64,000 bases of DNA from Spirochaetia bacterium (GTDB lineage Bacteria > Spirochaetota > Spirochaetia > SZUA-6 > Bin103). Positions 27,792 to 36,577 of this stretch are shown in pieces; position 1 is the stretch's first letter; each line of letters starts with the position of its first letter. Where the stretch lies: contig OZ241863.1 of the NCBI GenBank assembly GCA_965203055.1, positions 3,136,001 to 3,200,000 of the forward strand. The letters are read 5' to 3'. Position numbers and translations under genes: made by a program. The notes below the pieces were generated by a model, which did not search any database, was not told the origin of the DNA, and saw only the letters and a program-made list of their open reading frames with translations.

Positions 27792-30791
27792 ATGCCCGCC
27801 ATCCGCCCGCTGCCTCTCGACCAGAAGTGGAAGCAGCGACTCGACCTCACTGCGCGCACGGCGCCCGATCTCTACGAGGACGCCGCCGCCGTAACGGACA
27901 CCCCGCACGCCCGCGCGATACGCACTACCTTTCGGGACTTGCGCGCGTCGGCCGTGTTCTGCACGCACCGCGTGCCGGCGGTCGTCATCCTGTCGGTCGA
28001 AACCTACGACCGCCGCGCCGTGATCGACCTGCAGGCGAAGCTGTGGAACCAGGGCCTCGCCCACCTGCTCCTCGTCATCGCCGGCGACACGGTACGAGCC
28101 TTTTCGCTGGCGCGCATCCCCCGCCGGGGGAACGACGAAGACTTCGACGACCGCTGCCTCGCCTGGGAGTTGGATGCGGTCGCGCAAGCGCTCGAAGTCA
28201 ACAACCTCATCCATGGCGCCGAATCCGGCCGCCTCTGGGAGCATCCCAAGTTCCGATCGGAGGAACGGATCGACCGGGTGCTCCTGGACAACCTGAAGGA
28301 GTCGCATACGCGGCTACTGGACGGCATGTCCCCGGCCGCAGCTCAGGCGCTGCTCATCCAATCGATGTTCATCGCCTACCTGGAGGACCGGGAGATCGTC
28401 AGCCCCGACTATCTGCGGGCTGCCACCGGCGGCCGCGCGGCCAGCTTTCTGGACATCCTGAAGTCGGGAAGCGTGGCCGCGCTCGATCGCCTCTTCGAGC
28501 GGTTGCGAGACGATTTCAATGGCGACCTCTTCATCGCGCCCTGCTCCTTCGCGGCGGCCAATCGTCATCCGCCTCCCGAACCTCGTCATCTGGAGATTCT
28601 GTCCCGCTTCCGTTCCAGTGAACAGGAGATGGGCAGCGGGCAGTATCGCTTCTGGGGGTATGACTTCAAGTACATGCCCATCGAGTTGATAAGCGCCGTC
28701 TATGACCGGTTCCTGGGCGATCTAGGAACGGTGCGGCGTGGCCGCGGCGCCTACTACACGCCGCGATTCGTCGCGGACCTGGCGATTTCGCAGATCGCCG
28801 ACAGGCTGCCGAGCGAGAAGTTACTCGACCTGCGATTTCTGGACCCGGCGTGCGGGTCGGGTATATTTCTCGTGCGTTGCTTCCAGCTCCTCTGCGAGCA
28901 GCGCCGGCGCGCAACCGAACGCTCCCAAAGGATCCCTTGGGAATCCCTGCTTGCGATGCTTTCCAGACTGGAAGGATGGGACATCGACGAGGCCGCCGTA
29001 CGGGTGGCAGTGTTTTCGTTGTACGTAGCGCTGCTCGAAGAGGTGGAACCGCCCGACATCCAGGCGCTCATCGAGCGTGGCAATCTGTTGCCCGGGTTGT
29101 GGGAGCGCACCCTTCGCGCGCGTGATTTCTTCGCCGTTGATCCAGGTGATGAGAGCGCGCAGGCGGACGTCATCGTTGGCAACCCGCCATGGTCCAGCCG
29201 CGGCCAACCGGAGCGGCGCTCCATCGAGTGGTGCGCGACAGAAGGTCTCCCCATGCCGGGTCGGGAAGAAGCGTGGGCGTTCGTCTGGAAGTCGCTGCGG
29301 CACCTGCGGACGGGCGGCGTCATCGCCCTGCTCCTGCCATCCATGGGGTTCCTGCACAACCACGCCGGCAGCGCGGTCCGGGCGCGAAAGGACCTTCTGC
29401 GCGCCGCCCGGATCTTCCGCATCGTCAATCTTTCCGATCTGCGATTCCAGTTGTTCGATAGCGCGGTCCGGCCCGCCGCCCTGATCGTCTTCGGCCACGC
29501 CGATCCGAAAGAGCGTCCTTATTCGTTCGAGTACTTGACGCCGAAGGCGGACCTCAACCTGAAGAATCGCCGCTTGATCACGCTCAGCAGCGCTGACAAA
29601 CACTCGCTCACGTCGCCGATGGTGGAAGATGATCCATCGATCTTCAAGCGCTTCATGTGGATAAGCGATCCTGAAGAAAAACTGTTTCGCTATCTGTCCT
29701 CTCTGCCCCGCTTAGAAGAGCAAATTACGATCCTCAGTTATCAATGGACCGATCACTTGTCCTGTTCGAGTCACAAGGGATTTGAGGAGGTGTTGACTGG
29801 ACCGCGCGTTCTGGTTCTAAGAGGAGCGACCTATACGAAACAGATGCGCCTGCGTGCTACGTACGTCGAAGCCCGTGTTACGTTTCAGGACAGGATTCAG
29901 ACGATTGTCCATCTGTGCGGCGGAGAACCTCGTGCGAAGCTGTTGACTGCGCTTATCAACAGCAAGATTGCGGTATGGTTCATGTTTCATGGTGCGCCGT
30001 TATTCGGGGTCGAGCGCCCGGACGTCCAAGGAGATGAGTTGCGACTTCTTCCTTTTCCTCGGCCTGACGACCTGCCCGACAGGGCGCGGTCTCGAGCGGC
30101 CGCCGACCAGATGATTTCCGTCATCAACGAGTTGATGCGGGCGTCGGATTATCCGTTCGGCAGTATCGACGACGCGGTCTTCGCGGAGATCGATCGCCTG
30201 GCCTACGACTTCTTCGGTCTGACCGATGAGGAGATCATCCTGGTCGAGGACACGGTGGCGCACGTCATCCCCGCCGTCCATCCGGCTCGCAACAGCGTTC
30301 CCGAAATATGGCGTTCCCCTACACTGGAGGACCGGCGGCGCTATGCTCAGGCGCTGCTGCGCCGTATGAGCGACTGGTTCGAAGGTGACTACACGGTAGC
30401 GGCGAGGCTCGAAGCGCATAACGAGGACTTGGCGATGCTGCGTCTCACCCTGCAGCGGGAGCATGGGGCGGCTGAGTACCACGAGCTGGAATCATCACGG
30501 GTCAATCACGTTCTGGCGGACCTGGCCGCGCAGGTGGGCCGGCCCCTCGCCGGCAACTTTCAGTTGCTGCCCAATTTTCGCCTTGTCACGGGCGACCATC
30601 TCTATCTCGTCAAGCCGGCGCAGAAGCGGTTCTGGCTGCAATCGGCGGCCATCGCCGACGCCGACGCCATAGCCCTCGATCTGCACGACGCCTTGAAGGT
30701 AACGCCGCGTTCGGCGGAGGGATTCGTGAGTGACCATATTCGGGAGAGTGGCACCGCGATCGAGATACGTCATACGATGCTGTCGTTCTGA
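27792..30791 (+). CDS. Second N6-type DNA methyltransferase (type IIG-like RM protein)
   Basis: PIELISAVYDRFL, GAYYTP, DPACGSGIFL (motif I), GNPPW (motif IV), C-terminal KPAQKRFWL; starts 1 nt after the pglX stop. Confidence 0.88.
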   Translation: MPAIRPLPLDQKWKQRLDLTARTAPDLYEDAAAVTDTPHARAIRTTFRDLRASAVFCTHRVPAVVILSVETYDRRAVIDLQAKLWNQGLAHLLLVIAGDTVRAFSLARIPRRGNDEDFDDRCLAWELDAVAQALEVNNLIHGAESGRLWEHPKFRSEERIDRVLLDNLKESHTRLLDGMSPAAAQALLIQSMFIAYLEDREIVSPDYLRAATGGRAASFLDILKSGSVAALDRLFERLRDDFNGDLFIAPCSFAAANRHPPPEPRHLEILSRFRSSEQEMGSGQYRFWGYDFKYMPIELISAVYDRFLGDLGTVRRGRGAYYTPRFVADLAISQIADRLPSEKLLDLRFLDPACGSGIFLVRCFQLLCEQRRRATERSQRIPWESLLAMLSRLEGWDIDEAAVRVAVFSLYVALLEEVEPPDIQALIERGNLLPGLWERTLRARDFFAVDPGDESAQADVIVGNPPWSSRGQPERRSIEWCATEGLPMPGREEAWAFVWKSLRHLRTGGVIALLLPSMGFLHNHAGSAVRARKDLLRAARIFRIVNLSDLRFQLFDSAVRPAALIVFGHADPKERPYSFEYLTPKADLNLKNRRLITLSSADKHSLTSPMVEDDPSIFKRFMWISDPEEKLFRYLSSLPRLEEQITILSYQWTDHLSCSSHKGFEEVLTGPRVLVLRGATYTKQMRLRATYVEARVTFQDRIQTIVHLCGGEPRAKLLTALINSKIAVWFMFHGAPLFGVERPDVQGDELRLLPFPRPDDLPDRARSRAAADQMISVINELMRASDYPFGSIDDAVFAEIDRLAYDFFGLTDEEIILVEDTVAHVIPAVHPARNSVPEIWRSPTLEDRRRYAQALLRRMSDWFEGDYTVAARLEAHNEDLAMLRLTLQREHGAAEYHELESSRVNHVLADLAAQVGRPLAGNFQLLPNFRLVTGDHLYLVKPAQKRFWLQSAAIADADAIALDLHDALKVTPRSAEGFVSDHIRESGTAIEIRHTMLSF

Positions 30792-30822
30792 CGAATCTAT
30801 CTGTGGATGGAGATGATGAGCT

Positions 30823-32496
30823 ATGGCTGACGAGATGAATCAGATGGAGTTCGAGCGACTCGGAATCGGCAGCGTGCTGCGAAGGTATCGTCTCTTCGTT
30901 CCGCCGAACCAAAGGGAATACGCATGGACCGAGCGCGAGGTTTCGACGCTCTTCCGGGACTATGGACGAGCGCTCGAAGACGGGTCATCATATTTTCTTG
31001 GCACCATCGTTGCCATATCGAGACCGGATGGCATGCTCGAGGTGGTGGACGGACAACAGCGTCTTGCTACCACGTCGCTTCTCCTTGCTGCCATCCGGGA
31101 CTATCTGGACGACGACAGGATCTACCAGTCGATCAATAGCGACTTCCTTGTCAGTTTCGATTGGGCAAAGCGGGAGAGTGTCCCCAAGCTGCGGATGAAC
31201 GTCGACGACAACGAGCTGTTCGAGCACATCATCACCGGGTCTTCCTCTGACGCGCATCCGCAGACGACGAAGGAATCGCAGGTGCGCCTGCGAACTGCGT
31301 ACCGAATCGCCAGCGAGCACGTGGAGAAGATCGCGCAGCCGTGGGACCCGTGGGAACGCCGTAACATCTTTGGCGATTGGGTTTCGTTCGTCGAGCAGGG
31401 CGCCTTTGTCGTTCTCATCCGTATGTCGAACGACGCGCACGCCTACCGCATGTTCGAGACGCTCAACGACCGGGGTCTGCGTACTTCTCAAGCTGATCTG
31501 ATAAAGAACTTTCTGTTCAGCCGGTCGGTCGACCGGGTGCAGGAAATACGGCACCGATGGTACCACATGCGGGGCGCGCTTGAGACGCTGGGAGATGATG
31601 ACGTCACGGTGGATTTCTTGCGCGCGGCGGTCATCGTGACTCGCGGCCACACCCGGGAATCGCAAGTCTACGAATCGGTTCAGAACATCGCCAAGACCGA
31701 AAACACGGCGCTGGGATTCGCCTCTACGATCGAACGTCTGGCCCATACGTACGTGGCGACGTTCATCAGTTCACATGAGAAATGGAACGGTTGCCCGCCG
31801 GGTGTCAGGAGTGCGATAGAGGTGCTCGATCTGCTGGACGTACGGGCCATGCGACCGCTGCTGCTTGCCGCGGCCAGCAGGTTCTCTCACAGGGAATTGG
31901 CGGCCACCTTCCGGTTTGCCGTCGCGTTGAGCGTTCGGCTTGTCGTTGCCAATTCGCCGCGCGGCGCGTCGGCTGAGATGCCGCTGGGGGAGGTTGCGAA
32001 CCTTGTCCACAGGCGGGAAGTCGAGTCCACCGAGTCCCTGAAGAAGAAATTGAACGGGATCATACCTTCAGATGAAGAATTCCGAGCGGCCTTCGAGATT
32101 GCCCGGGTGCCGAGGGCGAGCCTGGCGCGGTACTGCCTCCGGTCGTTGGAGCGGGTGGCGAGCGATGAATCCGAGCCGTGGTACTTGCCCAACGAAGACT
32201 CGTCGATCATCAACCTGGAGCACATTCTCCCCAAGAAACAGGAGGGCAACTGGCCGCAGTTCAGCGACGACCACGCGGCGACGTACGTCAATCGCCTCGG
32301 CAATCAGGTGTTGCTGCGCGCCAGCGAAAACTCGGCGGTGGGAAACGCCGGATTCGCGGACAAGCGGGTCCTCTATAAGGAGTCGCCATACCGGTTGACG
32401 AAGATGATCGCGGAGGAAGCGGACTGGACACCGGAGCAGGTCGTCGCGCGGCAGAAGCGGCTTGCCGGCCTGGCGCTCGCCGCGTGGCCGATCTAG
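30823..32496 (+). CDS. DUF262 + DUF1524 protein (fused GmrSD-like modification-dependent nuclease)
   Basis: QREYAW, DGQQR, FETLNDRG; C-terminal HNH-type EHILP...NRLGNQVLL....NS. Confidence 0.92.
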   Translation: MADEMNQMEFERLGIGSVLRRYRLFVPPNQREYAWTEREVSTLFRDYGRALEDGSSYFLGTIVAISRPDGMLEVVDGQQRLATTSLLLAAIRDYLDDDRIYQSINSDFLVSFDWAKRESVPKLRMNVDDNELFEHIITGSSSDAHPQTTKESQVRLRTAYRIASEHVEKIAQPWDPWERRNIFGDWVSFVEQGAFVVLIRMSNDAHAYRMFETLNDRGLRTSQADLIKNFLFSRSVDRVQEIRHRWYHMRGALETLGDDDVTVDFLRAAVIVTRGHTRESQVYESVQNIAKTENTALGFASTIERLAHTYVATFISSHEKWNGCPPGVRSAIEVLDLLDVRAMRPLLLAAASRFSHRELAATFRFAVALSVRLVVANSPRGASAEMPLGEVANLVHRREVESTESLKKKLNGIIPSDEEFRAAFEIARVPRASLARYCLRSLERVASDESEPWYLPNEDSSIINLEHILPKKQEGNWPQFSDDHAATYVNRLGNQVLLRASENSAVGNAGFADKRVLYKESPYRLTKMIAEEADWTPEQVVARQKRLAGLALAAWPI

Positions 32497-32498
32497 CC

Positions 32499-32777
32499 TT
32501 ACCGCGTGAGCAGTTCTACTTGCGTCAGAAATTCGTCGGCGGCGCGGCATTGCACCAGCCGGTCACCGATATCGGCCAGTTGATCCGGGTCCGCGATGGG
32601 GGCAAGCAGAGCAGCCAAACGCTCCCTAGTCTCCGCCCCGAACCGCAACGCGGCCATACGGCAGAGCAGCGCTCGTTCGTGTTCGAGGCCCCGCTCGAGG
32701 CCTTGCTCAAGGCCCTGCTCGCGACCTTCCCGCATCCACTGCTCGGGCCACTCCTTCAAGCGTTCTTGCAGCGTCAT
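32499..32777 (-). CDS. Orphan C-terminal domain of an Rpn/YhgA-like protein (RpnS-like, ~92 aa)
   Basis: MTLQERLKEWPEQWMREGREQGLEQGLERGLEHERALLCRMAALRFG; strong SD GGAGGAGGT 4 nt before ATG 32777; open frame extends to 32891 but has no nuclease domain. Confidence 0.65.
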   Translation of the reverse strand: MTLQERLKEWPEQWMREGREQGLEQGLERGLEHERALLCRMAALRFGAETRERLAALLAPIADPDQLADIGDRLVQCRAADEFLTQVELLTR

Positions 32778-32908
32778 CCGTACCTCCTCCAGGCTGTTCA
32801 TCGCCGGCAGCTCCTCACCGGCCGGCTTGACCTGCTCCATCGAACTCGTCAGCCAGTCGACGTTCTCCGGCCCCGGCGGGCAGTATGGCATTATGTTGGT
32901 GCTGACGC

Positions 32909-35900
32909 ATGAGCACGATAGCTGACATCTTCGATCTACCGGAACGGGTCCACCAGGGGGACTTCGTGCTGCGGCTGGCCGAGGGAGTGGAGCGCGCCGA
33001 GCAGACGCTGCGCGATTACGTGGCGACCCCGCAGCTCGCGCAGTGCTTCGACGCCGCGCTGACGCTGATCGGCAGCGCGGTGGAGCAGGGCACCAGCAAG
33101 GGCGCCTACCTGCACGGCAGCTTCGGCAGCGGCAAGAGCCACTTCATGGCGGTGCTGACGCTGCTGCTGCAGGGCAATCCGCGGGCGCGCTCCATTCCCG
33201 AGCTGGCCGGCGCCGTGACCCGCGCCAACGCCTGGGCCGCGGACCGCCGGTTCCTGGTGGTGCCGTACCACCTGATCGGTGCGGCCAGCATGGAGGCCGC
33301 GCTGCTCGGCCACTATGCCGAACACGTGCGCGCGCTGCACCCGGACGCGCCCACCCCCGGCTTCTACCAGGCCGAACGCGTGTTCGCGGACGCCCGCCGC
33401 CTGCGCGCGAACATGGGCGATGCGGCGTTCTTCAAGGCGTTGAATGACGCGGTGCGGAGCGGTGCGGCGGACGCCGGCGGCGGCTGGGGCGCGCTGGGCA
33501 GCGGCTGGGACACGACCGGCTTCGATACCGCGCTGGCGGCGGCGCCGGGCGACCCCGAACGGGTGCGGCTGACCGGCGACCTGATCGACGCCTTCTTCGG
33601 GGCGATGCGGGCGTCCGGCGGCAGCGGCGGCGAGCGCTTCGCCGACCTGGACGAAGGCTTGGCGGTGATGGCGCAGCACGCGCAGGCGCTCGGCTACGAC
33701 GCCCTGATCCTGTTCCTGGACGAACTGATCCTGTGGCTGGCCAGCCACGCCGCGGACCCGGCCTTCGTCAGCCGCGAAGGGCAGAAGGTCGCCAAGCTGG
33801 TCGAGTCGGGGCGCGCCGACCGGCCGATCCCGATCGTCAGCTTCATCGCCCGGCAGCGCGACCTGCGCGAGCTGGTGGGCGAGCACCTGCCGGGCGCCGA
33901 GCAGCTCGGCTTCGCCGACGTGCTCAACTGGTGGGAAGCGCGGTTCGACCGGATCACCCTGGAAGACCGCAACCTGCCGGCCATCGCCGAGCGCCGCGTG
34001 CTGCGTCCGAAGAACGCCGCGGCGCGCGCCCAGCTCGAAGCGGCCTTCGAGCGGACCGCCCGCGTGCGCGAGGAAGTCCTCAACGTGCTGCTCACCCGCG
34101 CCGGCGACCGCCCCATGTTCCGGCAGCTCTATCCCTTCAGCCCCGCGCTGGTGCAGGCGTTGATCGCCGTGTCGTCGCTGCTGCAGCGCGAGCGCACCGC
34201 GCTCAAGATCATGCTGCAGCTCCTGGTGGAGCAGGGCGGCCGGCTGCAACTCGGCGACGTCATCCCGGTGGGCGACCTGTTCGACGTCGTGGCGCGCGGC
34301 GACGAGCCGTTCACGCAGGCGATGCGGGTGCGCTTCGACGACGCCCTGAACTTGTACCGCACCAAGCTCCGGCCGCTGCTGGAGTCCGAGCAGGGCGTTG
34401 TCGCCGCCGAGGTGGAGGCGGGGACCGCCCCGACGGCCGCCGCGGCGCGGTTCCGTTCCGACGACCGGTTGCTGAAGACGCTGCTGCTGGCGGCCATTGC
34501 CGAAGGGGTGGAAGCGTTGCGGGCGCTCACGCCGGCGCGCCTGGCGGCGCTCAACCACGGCACGGTGCGCTCGCCGATTTCGGGCATGGAGAGTCATGTC
34601 GTGCTGCGCAAGTGCCGGCGGTGGGCGGCGCAGGTGGGCGAGATCAAGGTCGCCGAGGACAGCGCCAATCCGGTCATCTCCTTGCAGATCGTCGGCGTGG
34701 ATACCGAAAGCATCCTGCAGAACGCGGCCGCGCTCGACAACGCCGGCAACCGCATCCGCACGGTGCGCCGGATCATCTGCGAAGCCCTCGGCACCGCGGC
34801 GGGTGAGCTGCACGACCGCCATGAGCTGACGTGGCGCGGCACGCGGCGTACCTGCGAAGTACTGTTCCGCAACGTCCGGGTGATGAAGGCCCCGGATTTG
34901 CGCAACGACCCCGGCTCGTGGCAGGTCGTGATCGACTGGCCGTTCGACGAACCGCAGTACACGCCGCTCGACGACCGCGCGCAGCTCCAGAACTTCCGCC
35001 GAACCGAAGAGCCGGCGGATACTCTGGTCTGGCTGCCGTCGTTCTTCTCCTCCGTTGGGCAGCGCGATCTGGGCCGGCTGGTGCTGCTCGAGGAGGTGCT
35101 CACCGGCAACCGCCTCAACGAATACGGCGCGCACCTGTCGCAGACCGACCGCGAGCAGGCGCGCGCGCTGCTCGCCAATCAACGCAATCAGATGCTGGTG
35201 CGCATCAACGATCACCTGCTCGCCGCCTATGGCATCGGCGACGTCGATAGCGGCGCCATCGATCACAGCCATGAGCTCAGCGAGCATTTCGAGTCCCTGA
35301 ATCCTCGGTGTCAGTTGCGCCCGCCGGTGGCCGGGGCGTTCCGCGGCGCGCTGGAGGAGCTCGTGGGCCAGGCGCTCGCGGCGCAGTATCCCGACCATCC
35401 CAAGTTCGGCGTCGAGGTCAAGCGGCCGGCCTTGCGGCGGGTGCTGGATGTGGTGGAGCGGGCCGTGGCCCACCCGGAGGAGCGGGTCGAGGTGCCGCCC
35501 CCGGTCCGCGAGGAGATGCACGGTATCGCCGTACCGTTGAAGCTTGGCGACATGGGCGAAACGCACTTCAAGCTCAGGCGGCACTGGTTCGACGAGCTGG
35601 ATCTCAAGCGCGCCCGGCACGGCCGCGGACCCATGACCGTTGGTATGGTGCGCGGCTGGATCGAGGCGCCCGAGCGGCGCGGGTTTCCGCGCGACGTCCA
35701 GAACCTGGTGATCGCGGTGTTCGCAGCGCTGGGCGGCTTCGACTTTGTCTACCGCGGCCGGCCGTTGTCCGGGGCCATCGACAAGCTCGACGACGCCTGC
35801 GAGCTGCGGGCGCACGAGCTGCCGTCCGCCGAGGAGTACCAGCGGGCCGTGCAGCGCGCCGGGGAGGTGTTCGACTACGCGACGGTGTCGCGGCTGTCCG

Positions 35901-36577
35901 CCCGTAGCGTGAACGAGTTGGCGCAGGCGGTGCGCGCCGCCGCCGACCGGTGCCGGGCGCCGGTGGACGAGCTGGCGGCGGCTCTCCGGCAGCGGCTGCG
36001 GAGGCGGTCGCTGGCAGTGGCCGACAGCGAGCGCCTGCGCACGGTGGACGCCGCGCTGGCGCTGCTCTCGGCCCTGGAGGGCGCCGGCGACAACGCGGTG
36101 GTGGCGGCGCTGGCGCAGGCCGAGGTGCCCACCAGCGCCGTCGCCATGGGGGCGGTGGTCGCGGGCGCCGGCGGGCTGGTCTCCGCGCTGGCGCCGCACC
36201 GCTGGAAGGTGCTCACCCAGTTGGCGGTCCTGGCCGGGCCGTACCGGGAGCAGGCTGCGGAGATCGATGCGGAACTGAACGACGCCCTGCGCCGCGACGA
36301 GCACGTCACGCCGCTGGCGGCCACCGTGGAGCGGTGCCATGACCGGGCGCTGGGACTCCTCGCCGACGCTGCCGGGGCCGCAACGACTCCCCCGCCGGTG
36401 CCGCCGGTGCCGCCGGTGCCGCCCGTGGCGGCCGCGCGGCGCGGCACCAGCGACGTGGCGGCCGGCGACGTTACCAACGTGCTCGCCGAGATCGAGGCCG
36501 CGATACGGGCGACCGGCGCGACCCGGGTGACGGTCGACTGGAAGGTCTACTCCGACGCGAACGGCGGCGCGGGGTGA
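32909..36577 (+). CDS. pglY: BREX type 2 ATPase PglY
   Basis: LPERVHQGDFVLRL, YLHGSFGSGKSHFM, LFLDELILWL, SFIARQRDL, LEDRNLP, YPFSPAL, LQRERTALK, LAALNHG. Confidence 0.95.
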   Translation: MSTIADIFDLPERVHQGDFVLRLAEGVERAEQTLRDYVATPQLAQCFDAALTLIGSAVEQGTSKGAYLHGSFGSGKSHFMAVLTLLLQGNPRARSIPELAGAVTRANAWAADRRFLVVPYHLIGAASMEAALLGHYAEHVRALHPDAPTPGFYQAERVFADARRLRANMGDAAFFKALNDAVRSGAADAGGGWGALGSGWDTTGFDTALAAAPGDPERVRLTGDLIDAFFGAMRASGGSGGERFADLDEGLAVMAQHAQALGYDALILFLDELILWLASHAADPAFVSREGQKVAKLVESGRADRPIPIVSFIARQRDLRELVGEHLPGAEQLGFADVLNWWEARFDRITLEDRNLPAIAERRVLRPKNAAARAQLEAAFERTARVREEVLNVLLTRAGDRPMFRQLYPFSPALVQALIAVSSLLQRERTALKIMLQLLVEQGGRLQLGDVIPVGDLFDVVARGDEPFTQAMRVRFDDALNLYRTKLRPLLESEQGVVAAEVEAGTAPTAAAARFRSDDRLLKTLLLAAIAEGVEALRALTPARLAALNHGTVRSPISGMESHVVLRKCRRWAAQVGEIKVAEDSANPVISLQIVGVDTESILQNAAALDNAGNRIRTVRRIICEALGTAAGELHDRHELTWRGTRRTCEVLFRNVRVMKAPDLRNDPGSWQVVIDWPFDEPQYTPLDDRAQLQNFRRTEEPADTLVWLPSFFSSVGQRDLGRLVLLEEVLTGNRLNEYGAHLSQTDREQARALLANQRNQMLVRINDHLLAAYGIGDVDSGAIDHSHELSEHFESLNPRCQLRPPVAGAFRGALEELVGQALAAQYPDHPKFGVEVKRPALRRVLDVVERAVAHPEERVEVPPPVREEMHGIAVPLKLGDMGETHFKLRRHWFDELDLKRARHGRGPMTVGMVRGWIEAPERRGFPRDVQNLVIAVFAALGGFDFVYRGRPLSGAIDKLDDACELRAHELPSAEEYQRAVQRAGEVFDYATVSRLSARSVNELAQAVRAAADRCRAPVDELAAALRQRLRRRSLAVADSERLRTVDAALALLSALEGAGDNAVVAALAQAEVPTSAVAMGAVVAGAGGLVSALAPHRWKVLTQLAVLAGPYREQAAEIDAELNDALRRDEHVTPLAATVERCHDRALGLLADAAGAATTPPPVPPVPPVPPVAAARRGTSDVAAGDVTNVLAEIEAAIRATGATRVTVDWKVYSDANGGAG
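36392..36427 (+). repeat. In-frame 9-bp tandem repeat (ccgccggtg x4) encoding a PPV linker in PglY
   Basis: Three perfect copies plus one imperfect copy. Confidence 0.8.
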
